This document shows, in pieces, positions 12,285 to 21,520 of a stretch of DNA of 32,000 nt. This DNA is from Candidatus Saccharimonadota bacterium. GTDB lineage: Bacteria; Pseudomonadota; Alphaproteobacteria; CAJXXZ01; 1604HC. Every line of letters starts with the position of its first letter. Positions within the stretch are counted from its first letter, which is position 1. Where the stretch lies: contig NZ_CP043315.1 in NCBI RefSeq assembly GCF_008189285.1, positions 450,001 through 482,000 on the forward strand. The letters run 5' to 3'. Position numbers and translations under genes: made by a program. The notes beneath the pieces are model-generated. The model was not told the DNA's origin, did not search any database, and saw only the letters and a list, made by a program, of their open reading frames with translations.

Positions 12285-14144
12285 TTAAGATTGCTGTTGC
12301 ATTTGACTCTGTTGAGTTGCTTCGCTTCCTATATTCATTCCTCCTGCAAAAAGATCAACCAATCCTTCTTGAGCAGGTTGCGAATTCAATTCTTGACGCT
12401 GACTTTGCTCTGATTGTGATGCAGAATCATCTCTTTTGCTCACTTCTGAAGATACATCTTCAACTTTCCATGCAAATGATCTTTCGATATGATTTTTCAA
12501 ATTATTAGTTGAAATCCAATATGAGCATGATGAATTGCCTCCATCGCGCCCATAACTTGTCAATTGATTCGTAGAAAAATTAAACCTACCATTTGTTGAT
12601 CCATCGCTTGTTGATCCATCGCTTGTTGATCCATCGCTTGTTGATCCATCGCTTGTTGATCTATCATTTGTCATTTTATTCAATTCTGCTAATCTTTCTA
12701 TGATTTTTTTGCTATATTTATCTGTTGGATATTTATCTAAATTGTTTGTAACTTTGCCCACAACATATGCACTAGGAGCTTGGACTCTTTCTCCATGCCC
12801 ATTCGAAGAAATGATTAATGCAGGTTTAAACAAGCTAATCGCAGAACATAATGAGCTATCTGCTCCATGATGTGGCGCAATAATAACTATGTGATGATTG
12901 TCTTTATTGAATTGCATTTCACTATTCATAACTGAATTAAAATTATTGCCAACAATTTGATGCAAAATGCTAGATCTGATTTTACCTTGCAATTCATCTT
13001 CAAAATGCACGTTAAGGGTTCCAATTTCAGACATCATTGCTATTCCTTTACTTTTTGCTTCACCTATCTTGCTCTGTTTTCCCAAATCTCTCTGTTGAGG
13101 CTTATATTCTTTTATAATATCTTCTACATTTTTTACAAATTCTTCACATGATTCCTTGTGAAACTCTTTGTTTATCAGCATTTGCGCAATTGCGTTGTTA
13201 TCTGCATCTCCTGTGCATAGCACTGATACATATTGATCTTGATCAGGAGAGATTTTATGCGTAAATGAGATTAATGGACTAACAACATTTTGCTCATCTA
13301 TATCTGCATATCTTGTATTAGCTGAAACAATATTTACATATCCAGCTAATACGCTATTAACTTCATCAAAAAGACCTAAATAACCTGAATCGCATCCTCT
13401 AGTGAAATTTTTTAAACTGTTTGCATTTTTAGCCAAATCAAATAATTCAGTCAAATTACCACTAAAGAATTGTGGGCTTTCTCCTGCAGCATTTTGCCAG
13501 AAATATGGCTCTGCAACAGGAATATCTCCTGTATTTATCAAATCTTCAGCTCTTTCTATAGAAGTAGGATCTACGCTAGGAACACGAATGGATCCAGGTC
13601 TAGTTTGGCTCAAAGATTTTTTAAAAGACCCCTCAATTCCAGTTTCTTTGCTCCAATCACCAAATGCAAATACTGCAATTTTGATATCGCCTTTGAACTT
13701 TCTATCATCCGTAGCGCTATAATATTTACTCTTTGTTACCACTGCTGCACTTGTTGAATTTTTAGGATATAAAATATGATGCAAGATATTAAAATGATCC
13801 ATATCTGGGTGAGAAAGAAATATAGTCAAATAATCAAGCTCTTTCAGTTTCTCATGAACATTCTCACATAAATCTGGATATTCCTGATCATTAGCTTTAA
13901 AACCATTATGTGTTTTATTCAATCTTGCAGGATATTCACTGCTTCCGCAGTCATACATATATCCAACTTTTTGACTGAGAGAAAAAGCCTCTCCGCTATC
14001 ATCTTTTCTATCACGATCAATTAAATCATAAATCATGATATTGCAGTTGCCCTGCCCTACATCCATGATCCCGAAGTGACTTTCCTCGACTTCAAATACA
14101 CAAAATATTTTAGAAATACATAGTAAGAGTAATTTTTTATTCAT
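12285..14144 (-). CDS. Secreted or membrane-anchored MBL-fold hydrolase, ComEC/Rec2 C-terminal-domain-like (paralog 1)
   Basis: 619 aa with hydrophobic N-terminus MNKKLLLLCISKIFCVF. Ordered motifs: MDVGQGNC, YDCG, FLSHPDMDHFN (H-x-D-x-D-H), CTGDAD, IAPHHGADSS, SSNGHG, YWISTNN. AAGGA RBS lies before the ATG at 14144. Confidence 0.55.
   Translation of the reverse strand: MNKKLLLLCISKIFCVFEVEESHFGIMDVGQGNCNIMIYDLIDRDRKDDSGEAFSLSQKVGYMYDCGSSEYPARLNKTHNGFKANDQEYPDLCENVHEKLKELDYLTIFLSHPDMDHFNILHHILYPKNSTSAAVVTKSKYYSATDDRKFKGDIKIAVFAFGDWSKETGIEGSFKKSLSQTRPGSIRVPSVDPTSIERAEDLINTGDIPVAEPYFWQNAAGESPQFFSGNLTELFDLAKNANSLKNFTRGCDSGYLGLFDEVNSVLAGYVNIVSANTRYADIDEQNVVSPLISFTHKISPDQDQYVSVLCTGDADNNAIAQMLINKEFHKESCEEFVKNVEDIIKEYKPQQRDLGKQSKIGEAKSKGIAMMSEIGTLNVHFEDELQGKIRSSILHQIVGNNFNSVMNSEMQFNKDNHHIVIIAPHHGADSSLCSAISLFKPALIISSNGHGERVQAPSAYVVGKVTNNLDKYPTDKYSKKIIERLAELNKMTNDRSTSDGSTSDGSTSDGSTSDGSTNGRFNFSTNQLTSYGRDGGNSSCSYWISTNNLKNHIERSFAWKVEDVSSEVSKRDDSASQSEQSQRQELNSQPAQEGLVDLFAGGMNIGSEATQQSQMQQQS
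12586..12675. repeat. In-frame 15-bp coding tandem repeat (ccatcgcttgttgat x4 perfect, plus 2 degenerate flanking copies) encoding (STSDG)n
   Basis: Perfect copies at 12601, 12616, 12631 and 12646. The protein reads DRSTSDGSTSDGSTSDGSTSDGSTNG. Confidence 0.9.
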
Positions 14145-14440
14145 ATTATTCCTTTGAAACTTGTTTTACATTTAAAAAAGAAATATATCAATGCTCTAAT
14201 GAATTATGAAAATATATAAATAAATGCTTTTTACTTTACCTCAATTCAGATTCAATTAATTTTTATTTATAAGAATTTAAAGTCATGTATTTTTATTTAT
14301 CACGTTTTAAACTAAATTCACTTTTATTTAAAAATTTATTTAATAAGATTTTAAGTTATTTGATTAAATTGCATTTAACTATACTATTTCTGAAAATGAC
14401 CTCTCTATAAATCAAATTTGCAAAATCTCTCAACGAATTA

Positions 14441-15568
14441 TTAAGAAGCCCATTTATTGAACATTTTTTTTATATTCTCAAAAGAGCTAGCTCCATCTTC
14501 TCCATTAGATGTCAAACTTTCTAATTCACTCAAAGCTTTCCATAATTTCAATTGCTCATTGCTCATTGTTTTTTTATTCGGAATTCTAATTAAAACTTTC
14601 ACATACAAATCGCCTTTGTATCTTCCAGAAATCATACCATGTTGTGGTATTTTTAATTTCTCTCCATATTGAATTCCTGAAGGGATCTGGACAGTAATTT
14701 TCTTATTGCTAATAGATTGTATTTCAACGGACCCTCCATTAACAGCTTGAGCAGGAGAAACATTAACAGCGCAATAAAGGTCTGATTTTACCCTAGTGAA
14801 TATAGAATGATTTAGAACATTTATTCTCACATATAGATCTCCAGGACCTGCTTTTCCATCATTTCCTTCTCCAATTATACGAATTTCCTGTTTATCCAAA
14901 ACTCCTTGAGGAATATTGATATCTATTTCTTTGTCTCTTTGCACATTTCCAGCACCAGAACAACTTTTACATTTGCTCTTTATGCGTTTTCCAGCTCCAC
15001 CACAACTACTGCAAGATTGTTGAAGATTCATAAATCCATGCCTGACAAAAAAAGTTCCTTTACCATGACATTGAGCACAAGTTACTGGAGGCTCTGTAGA
15101 TCCAACACCTTTGCAAGTATCGCATTTAGCTAACTTAGGAATTTTGATTCGTGCTTGATATCCATTATAAGCTTGATCAAGAGAAATATCTAATTCAAAG
15201 CTTAAATCTCTACCTTTTTGAGAAGCAGAGCTTTTACGCCCTCCTCCTCCAAAAAAGCTTGAGAACATATCTCCAATATCCATATCTCCGAAATCAAATG
15301 AGAATCCATCAGATCCACCGCCTGCAAATCCATCAGTTGATCCAGTAAAATCATATTGCTTTCTTTTGTTTTCATCTTTTAAAGTGTCATATGCTTCTGT
15401 GATTTCTTTAAATTTATCTTCAGCTTCTTTTTTTTCTTTCTGCGTGAATTTCTTTCCCGAAAATTTATCAGGATGGTATTTCATAGCTAAAGATCTGTAA
15501 GATTTTGTGATCTCTTTTTGAGTTGATGTTTTGGAAACACCTAATATATCATAATAATTTTTGCTCAT
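14441..15568 (-). CDS. dnaJ: Molecular chaperone DnaJ
   Basis: J domain with YHPDK, a G/F-rich linker, and four CxxCxG-type zinc-finger repeats (only CDTCKGVG, CAQCHGKG and CKSCSGAG are full CxxCxGxG). It lies 18 nt downstream of dnaK. Confidence 0.95.
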   Translation of the reverse strand: MSKNYYDILGVSKTSTQKEITKSYRSLAMKYHPDKFSGKKFTQKEKKEAEDKFKEITEAYDTLKDENKRKQYDFTGSTDGFAGGGSDGFSFDFGDMDIGDMFSSFFGGGGRKSSASQKGRDLSFELDISLDQAYNGYQARIKIPKLAKCDTCKGVGSTEPPVTCAQCHGKGTFFVRHGFMNLQQSCSSCGGAGKRIKSKCKSCSGAGNVQRDKEIDINIPQGVLDKQEIRIIGEGNDGKAGPGDLYVRINVLNHSIFTRVKSDLYCAVNVSPAQAVNGGSVEIQSISNKKITVQIPSGIQYGEKLKIPQHGMISGRYKGDLYVKVLIRIPNKKTMSNEQLKLWKALSELESLTSNGEDGASSFENIKKMFNKWAS

Positions 15569-15586
15569 AATTTCCTTTAATTATAT

Positions 15587-17497
15587 TCAGTCTTTTTTAT
15601 CATCTTCGTTAGTTGTGTATTCAGCATCTCTAACACTTTCCTGCTCAGACTCTTTATTTGCCTCTTCTTTGCTTTCTCCTTCTTTGTTGTTTTTTTCTTG
15701 AGAAGCCTTGTACGCAATTTCTCCTAATTTCATTGCATCATTAGAAAGAGCAGCGATTGAATCTTCTATAACTTTCAAATCATCTGAATCTTTTTTGCTC
15801 TTCAAATCATCCAAAGAAGCTTCAATTTTCTTTCTTGTTTCTTCGTCAAGCTCAGCTCCGTGATCTTTCAAAGCCTTTTCTGTGCTTGTGATTAATGTTT
15901 CAGCTTTATTTTTAATTTCAATTAATTTAACTTTTTGCTTATCATCTTCAGCATGCTGCTCTGCTTCTTTAATTTTTTTCTCAATCTCTTCATCAGACAA
16001 TCCACCAGAATCTTTAATAGAAATTTTATGCTCTTTATTTGTTGCTTTGTCTTTTGCAGAGACATGCACAACTCCATCAACATCAATTTCAAATGTAACC
16101 TCTATTTGAGGGATCCCTCTTGGCGCTGGAGCAATTCCTGAAAAATCAAATTGACCAAGCAATTTATTGTCAGCAGCCATAGATCTTTCACCTTGCAAAA
16201 CTCTAATTGTTACAGAAGTCTGACTATCTATAGCAGTAGAGAATACTTGAGATTTCTTTGTAGGAATAGTTGTGTTTCTATCAATTAATTTAGAGCAAAT
16301 TCCACCTTCTGTCTCAATTCCCAATGACAAAGGAGTAACATCAAGTAATAAGATATCCTTTACATCTCCTTGCAAAACACCACCTTGAATTGCAGCTCCA
16401 CTAGCAACAACTTCATCAGGATTAATTCCTTGATGTGGTTTTTTGTTAAAAATTTCTTGAACTTTTTCTGCAATCTTAGGCATGCGTGTCATACCACCAA
16501 CCAAAAGAACATCATCAATTTCACTAGAAGAAATTCCAGCATCAGATAATGCCATCTTGCATGGATTTACTGTTCTTTCAATCAATTTTTCCACTAAAGA
16601 TTCAAGCTTTGATCTTGTTACTGTAATGTTAAGATGCTTAGGACCAGATGCATCAGCAGTAATAAATGGCAAATTCACATCAACTTGCATAGAAGCTGAA
16701 AGTGAGATTTTTGTTTTCTCTGCTTCAATTTTTAATCTTTGCAAAGCTATCTTATCTTTTTTCAAATCAATTCCATCTGACTTTAAGAATTCGCTAGCTA
16801 AGTAATTTACAATCTCTTGATCGAAATCTTCACCACCCAAGAATGTATCTCCATTAGTTGATAAAACTTCAAAAACTCCATCATTAATTTCTAGAATGGA
16901 AACATCGAAAGTTCCTCCACCAAGGTCATATACAGCAACCTTTCCATTCTTTTTCTTTTCTAAGCCATATGCTAATGCAGCTGCAGTTGGCTCATTAATG
17001 ATTCTTTTTACATCTAATCCAGCAATTTTTCCTGCTGTAATAGTAGCATTACGTTGCGCATCATTGAAATAAGCAGGCACAGTAATGACAGCTTCAGTTA
17101 CAGTTGTTCCTAAGTATTTCTCTGCATCAGATTTTAGTTTTTGTAATACAATAGCACTGATTTCTTCAGGTCTGTATGTTTTTCCATCAACTTCAACACA
17201 TGCATCTCCATTGCAATCAACAATTTTGTAAGAGCTTAAATTAGCGTGATCTTTAGTTGTTTTATCATCGTAACGACGACCAATTAATCTTTTCACAGAA
17301 TAAAAAGTGTTTGATACATTTGTAACAGCTTGTCTCATGGCTTCAGCACCTACAAGTCTATTTGCATCTTTAAAAGCAACAATAGAAGGAGTTGTTCTTC
17401 CGCCTTCGCTATTAGGCACAATGACAACTTTCCCACCTTCAAGAACCGCAACACACGAGTTGGTAGTTCCAAGATCTATTCCAATAATTTTGTTCAT
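15587..17497 (-). CDS. dnaK: Molecular chaperone DnaK (Hsp70)
   Basis: 636 aa. [39 protein letters not shown], and an acidic C-terminal tail. Confidence 0.98.
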   Translation of the reverse strand: MNKIIGIDLGTTNSCVAVLEGGKVVIVPNSEGGRTTPSIVAFKDANRLVGAEAMRQAVTNVSNTFYSVKRLIGRRYDDKTTKDHANLSSYKIVDCNGDACVEVDGKTYRPEEISAIVLQKLKSDAEKYLGTTVTEAVITVPAYFNDAQRNATITAGKIAGLDVKRIINEPTAAALAYGLEKKKNGKVAVYDLGGGTFDVSILEINDGVFEVLSTNGDTFLGGEDFDQEIVNYLASEFLKSDGIDLKKDKIALQRLKIEAEKTKISLSASMQVDVNLPFITADASGPKHLNITVTRSKLESLVEKLIERTVNPCKMALSDAGISSSEIDDVLLVGGMTRMPKIAEKVQEIFNKKPHQGINPDEVVASGAAIQGGVLQGDVKDILLLDVTPLSLGIETEGGICSKLIDRNTTIPTKKSQVFSTAIDSQTSVTIRVLQGERSMAADNKLLGQFDFSGIAPAPRGIPQIEVTFEIDVDGVVHVSAKDKATNKEHKISIKDSGGLSDEEIEKKIKEAEQHAEDDKQKVKLIEIKNKAETLITSTEKALKDHGAELDEETRKKIEASLDDLKSKKDSDDLKVIEDSIAALSNDAMKLGEIAYKASQEKNNKEGESKEEANKESEQESVRDAEYTTNEDDKKD

Positions 17498-17570
17498 TTA
17501 ATCTCCCTTCTTAATAAAATGATAATTAATACCAATCTATTAAATTATATATTTAATAAAGCTACTTAAA

Positions 17571-18146
17571 TTAGCCATTAATTCCAGATGAAACAGAAAC
17601 TCTAGAGTGCCTCAAAACTTCATCTTTAATCATGTATCCATTAGATTTCACTTCAATGATTTTATTTTTCTCATATTCAGAGTTATTTTCTTCAATAATT
17701 TCATGCTTTTGAGGATCAAAATCATCTCCAACATTAATCAATTGCTGAGTAACACCCTTACTTTCAAGCAAAGAAAGTGTTTGCTTGTAAATCATTTGAA
17801 TTCCCATATGGATATTCTTATCAGATTCAGCAGCTCTTAGAGCTAACTCTAAATTGTCCACAATTTCTAATACTGACAACATAAAATTGTTGACAACATG
17901 TTTAGCTCTGCTTTCTATGTATTCAGGCATCTTCTCGCTAAGACGTTTTTGCTCAGCTAAAGCAGAAGCCCAATCATTTCTCAGTTTTTTCTCGGAAGAT
18001 TCTAATTCTTCAATTCTAGACTCTTTTTTCTCAATTAAAGATTCATGTTCCTTAACTGCGCCAGACAATTCTTTGGCATAATTAACCAAATTCTCATCAC
18101 TTGAATCGAAATTCTCTTTCTCAAAATCTATCTCTCGAACAGACAT
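17571..18146 (-). CDS. grpE: Nucleotide exchange factor GrpE
   Basis: 191 aa. Coiled-coil N-terminal half and a C-terminal beta domain (FDPQKHEIIEE...GYMIKDEVLRHSRVSVS). GGAGG RBS. It is the first gene of grpE-dnaK-dnaJ. Confidence 0.9.
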   Translation of the reverse strand: MSVREIDFEKENFDSSDENLVNYAKELSGAVKEHESLIEKKESRIEELESSEKKLRNDWASALAEQKRLSEKMPEYIESRAKHVVNNFMLSVLEIVDNLELALRAAESDKNIHMGIQMIYKQTLSLLESKGVTQQLINVGDDFDPQKHEIIEENNSEYEKNKIIEVKSNGYMIKDEVLRHSRVSVSSGING

Positions 18147-18168
18147 TCAACCTCCGAAATTAAAATGC

Positions 18169-18187
18169 ATCTAGCAAAACACTAGAT
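18169..18187. promoter_or_regulatory. Perfect inverted repeat ATCTAG-N7-CTAGAT at the predicted grpE transcription start (operator or leader-hairpin candidate)
   Basis: Read directly. It lies between the -10 hexamer and the GGAGG RBS. It does not match CIRCE (TTAGCACTC-N9-GAGTGCTAA). Confidence 0.3.
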
Positions 18188-18193
18188 ATTAGA

Positions 18194-18222
18194 ATCATAT
18201 CATGAGCAACAAAATCTGTCAA
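18194..18222 (-). promoter_or_regulatory. Sigma-70-type promoter candidate for grpE-dnaK-dnaJ: -35 TTGACA, 17-nt spacer, -10 TATGAT
   Basis: The minus strand reads aatTTGACAgattttgttgctcatgaTATGATtctaat. -35 at 18222-18217 and -10 at 18199-18194, about 48 nt upstream of the grpE ATG. Confidence 0.45.
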
Positions 18223-18305
18223 ATTAAATGAAATTTAAGACTATTAATATAAGTGAAAAAATAACAAACATTTAGCTTAATATAGTTATATGATAATATG
18301 CTTTT

Positions 18306-18797
18306 ATGTCAATTGAAATCAAGCCAGTACCGAAATTTGCGAAGTATTGGAAAATAAACACAAGAAATATTCCTCATACACTGGAAACTGCAGCTGTATA
18401 TTCTGCTAAAAAGGCAATTGGATTCAGAAGAAATATGCATAATCAAGAAGTATACTTGACTATTCATTGTGTAAGCCCAAGATATATGAAGTATTTAAGT
18501 AAAAAACATAGAAATAAAAATACTCTCACTAATGTGCTATCTTTTCCTGCAGATATGTTGCCTGGAGATGTAGAGGGACCTCGTGTTTTAGGGGATATTT
18601 TTCTATGTAACGATGTAATTAAGGCAGAAGCTGAAGAAGCTGAGAAAAGTTTCGAGGCGCATTTCCTGCATTTAGTTGCGCACGGCACATTACACCTAAT
18701 AGGATACGATCATGAAGAGGAAAATGACGCATTGGTTATGGAAGATGTTGAGAAAAAAATCATGAAATCATTCAACATTGCAAATCCATACGCATAG
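18306..18797 (+). CDS. ybeY: rRNA maturation endoribonuclease YbeY
   Basis: HLVAHGTLHLIGYDH matches the YbeY H-x-x-x-H-G-x-L-H-L-x-G-Y-D-H zinc motif. 163 aa. Confidence 0.9.
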   Translation: MSIEIKPVPKFAKYWKINTRNIPHTLETAAVYSAKKAIGFRRNMHNQEVYLTIHCVSPRYMKYLSKKHRNKNTLTNVLSFPADMLPGDVEGPRVLGDIFLCNDVIKAEAEEAEKSFEAHFLHLVAHGTLHLIGYDHEEENDALVMEDVEKKIMKSFNIANPYA

Positions 18798-18814
18798 CCC
18801 TAGTTGATTTATAA

Positions 18815-18860
18815 ATTTACACAATTGTATTTTCAGCATTTACACAATTGTATTTTCAGC
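18815..18860. repeat. Tandem duplication, 23-bp unit x2 (atttacacaattgtattttcagc)
   Basis: Perfect copies at 18815-18837 and 18838-18860, immediately downstream of the ybeY stop. Confidence 0.9.
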
Positions 18861-19197
18861 ATATTATAATTTCTATTACAAATAATAATATTCATATACC
18901 TCATAAATACGATTTTATATACAAATTATATGTTTAAAATCTATGCGAACAGATGATTAATTCAATAAATATTACATTTTCTAGCGCATAATAATTTGCA
19001 TTTATAATTAAATCTTATGCGACTTCAATATAATAATATTAATCCTAATTTCATTCATATGAATTACATTTTCTGAATATAAAATAGCTATTCAAATCAT
19101 AAATAGCATATTTCAAATCCATATAAACTTATACAGCAAATCTATATGTTTGATTTTTGAATAGTTCTTTTTGAGTGATTTTGACAAAAGTTTATTT

Positions 19198-21465
19198 TTA
19201 ACTGACTTGAGGTGGTTGAGATATTATTTCAACACCTTCGGGCTGTTGACTTCCTGCTCGCGCACCATCATGAAGCAATGCACTAGCATCATTTGCAACT
19301 AGGACTGGCTGCATTGATGATGAAACTTGTGAATGAGTATCATTTGCAGCTAGAGCTGATTGCTGCGATAATAAAATATTTTGTATATGATCATTCGCTG
19401 CAACAGCCATAATCGCACTTGCGCTCACAACACAGCGCGTTGCAAGAAGATCTCCTTCTGTAGAGCATGAATATATCTGCCCTCTCAAAACATCAACATC
19501 CAGAAACTCTTGAGAGCCAGAAAATGCATTATACATTGCTAATGGGTTTCTTTCTTCTGAACATGCAATCCTAAGAGATCCATGATCATTTGTAGAGAAA
19601 AGCCATATAGAGCAAGGTCTTTTTTCTCCTTCATCTCCCTTTTTCTGATAAACTGTTATTTTTTTACCCCAAGTAATTTCATCTATATCCTTAACACTAT
19701 ACTGACTTTCAAAGGTAATTTGACTATTTCCTTTAAAAAACTCACCAACAAAATCTAGGCGTGGATTAAAAGCATTGGTCAAATTCTTAAAGAAATTAGC
19801 ATGTATATGAGGCTGCTGACCTCCATGACCATTTGACACATAAAGAATATTTGCACAAAATAATCTAGCTAAACTAATTGCAACTTGCCATTGTTCTTCA
19901 GATCCGTGATGAGGAGCAACTAATGCAACTTTGTCATTTTTGAATCTGCTTGCCACGGAATCAATAATATTTTTTCTGTAATCTGCTCTTGTTACAGGGT
20001 GAGATGCAATTCTTTTTCCCTCGTCTGCAAAAAATTTCATTCTTTCGAACATATCATTTCCACTTGCAGGGTCATTTAATTTTTTCATTTTCTCACATAA
20101 TTCCAACGCTTCTTTCTCATATTTCATTGTTATCAATCCTTGCAACATATCAGAAAAAGTTGAGTCCTCTGCATCTCCAGCGCAAATTACTGAATAAGCT
20201 TTAGATGATCCATCAACTGTTCCTGTAAATGATATTATTGGACTTTGCGCATTTGGATTTCCTGTAGTATTCATGGACCAAATGTAAATATGATCTTTTA
20301 ATTCTTTAATTATCGCATCAAATCCTGAAATAAAACTTTTTTCTGCAACAAATTTACTAAACATAGATTTAATATCTCCTGAGAAGAATTCCGGTAAATT
20401 AAATTCTTGTTTTTGAGCAAATGGCTCAATCAAAATATGAGATCTATATTTCAAGCATTTTAGTATTTGCCCTGCTACACCTGATACCTTTCCCCCTGAA
20501 TCACTCTTACGCCAATCTCCACATAAAATAGACATAATCTTACAATTTTTAAAATCTTCCGCACTATCATTATGCTTATCAGATCTGGATCTAGAGTTAC
20601 ACTCACATCCAAACAATTTGCTTATAAAACTAATATGATCTCCTTCTGGATGAGATAAAATTATAAATAAATAATCCAAATTTTGCAGTTTTACTCTCAA
20701 ATTATGTGCCATAGTAGAAATGGAATGAGATTGATTTGACTTGTCAGATTCTTGCTCTTCTTTCACTAAACTTTGATGATAAATATACCAAGATATTTTT
20801 TTAAGCAATTCTTTTTTGTCTTTGTCAGATAACTTATCAAATTTCTCTCTATTTACTTCTTTCAAAATAGGAAAATACTGATGAATTTTTTTGCATTTAA
20901 GCATTGCTTCAATCAATTTCTCGCCTACTTCTTTGATTTCTTTTTTAATGTTATTCTCACATTCATCTTTACCTAATCTCCATCTTGTATAATCTGCGCT
21001 AATTTCTTTATTACCCCATTCTTTCATTTTATTTTCCCACTCTTCTATCAAGCACAAGAGCTCTCCAATTTTTCCTCTACGTATAGTTTCAATTTTATTT
21101 TGCCGCCCTTTTATCTTAAATTCTACTTCAATTTCTTTATTAACAAACTCCAAAATCCCTTTGCTTGCTTCATCTTCACCCAATTTCGTTCCCAAATTCT
21201 TAGAATATTCAGTTTTTCCACAGTCATATAGGAATGCAACTGTTTTTCTCTCAATTACATCGCACATGCCAAGCAACACCTTGCTTCCATCTTCTCCTAT
21301 TGAATCAATTATTGGCTTTCTGAACTTTGCATCAATAACATACTTCATAATCTGGCAATTACCCTGCCCGACGTCCTCGATTGAGAAATCATATTCAACT
21401 ATCCCAGCGTATATATTCAGAAAGGTAGCTAAATATATAAATGGAATCCTAAAAAACTTATACAT
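19198..21465 (-). CDS. Secreted MBL-fold hydrolase, ComEC/Rec2 C-terminal-domain-like (paralog 2) with a Lys/Glu-rich insertion and an Ala/Ser/Gln-rich repeat tail
   Basis: 755 aa. Signal-peptide-like MYKFFRIPFIYLATFLNIYAG. Motifs: EDVGQGNC, YDCGK, LSHPEGDHISF, CAGDAEDS, VAPHHGSEE, SNGHGG, WLFSTNDHGSLRI. Confidence 0.55.
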   Translation of the reverse strand: MYKFFRIPFIYLATFLNIYAGIVEYDFSIEDVGQGNCQIMKYVIDAKFRKPIIDSIGEDGSKVLLGMCDVIERKTVAFLYDCGKTEYSKNLGTKLGEDEASKGILEFVNKEIEVEFKIKGRQNKIETIRRGKIGELLCLIEEWENKMKEWGNKEISADYTRWRLGKDECENNIKKEIKEVGEKLIEAMLKCKKIHQYFPILKEVNREKFDKLSDKDKKELLKKISWYIYHQSLVKEEQESDKSNQSHSISTMAHNLRVKLQNLDYLFIILSHPEGDHISFISKLFGCECNSRSRSDKHNDSAEDFKNCKIMSILCGDWRKSDSGGKVSGVAGQILKCLKYRSHILIEPFAQKQEFNLPEFFSGDIKSMFSKFVAEKSFISGFDAIIKELKDHIYIWSMNTTGNPNAQSPIISFTGTVDGSSKAYSVICAGDAEDSTFSDMLQGLITMKYEKEALELCEKMKKLNDPASGNDMFERMKFFADEGKRIASHPVTRADYRKNIIDSVASRFKNDKVALVAPHHGSEEQWQVAISLARLFCANILYVSNGHGGQQPHIHANFFKNLTNAFNPRLDFVGEFFKGNSQITFESQYSVKDIDEITWGKKITVYQKKGDEGEKRPCSIWLFSTNDHGSLRIACSEERNPLAMYNAFSGSQEFLDVDVLRGQIYSCSTEGDLLATRCVVSASAIMAVAANDHIQNILLSQQSALAANDTHSQVSSSMQPVLVANDASALLHDGARAGSQQPEGVEIISQPPQVS

Positions 21466-21520
21466 AACTTTATTTCTACACTAAAAATGATTAGCATAAT
21501 AGCTTCTTGTGCATTTTTGA
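21340..21520. repeat. Left arm of an inverted repeat shared with 23635-23815 (5' UTR plus the first 42 codons of paralogs 2 and 3)
   Basis: The reverse complement of 21340-21465 matches 23690-23815 with one mismatch by eye (atagttg vs ataattg). The ~55 nt upstream are also clearly homologous, e.g. ctaatcattttt(a/g)(g/a)tgtagaa. Confidence 0.85.

Noticed and set aside
12285-12287. Stop-codon reassignment as an explanation for the in-frame TAA
   Set aside because: TAA terminates most well-supported genes here at their expected lengths, and TGA also acts as a stop (atpA, ATGA overlap with atpG). There is no evidence for an altered genetic code.
11874-12508. Plus-strand ORFs (104, 120 and 67 aa), Leu/Trp/Arg-rich or acidic (Val/Ala/Glu/Asp/Leu-rich), opposite the Q-rich repeat
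   Set aside because: They are the complement of CAA/CAG/CCA-rich repeats, which naturally lack stop codons. They carry no motifs or start signals. The minus-strand frame is continuous with the upstream gene.
18169-18187. CIRCE/HrcA operator upstream of grpE
   Set aside because: The palindrome ATCTAG-N7-CTAGAT does not match TTAGCACTC-N9-GAGTGCTAA in sequence or spacing. I kept it only as an uncharacterised inverted repeat.
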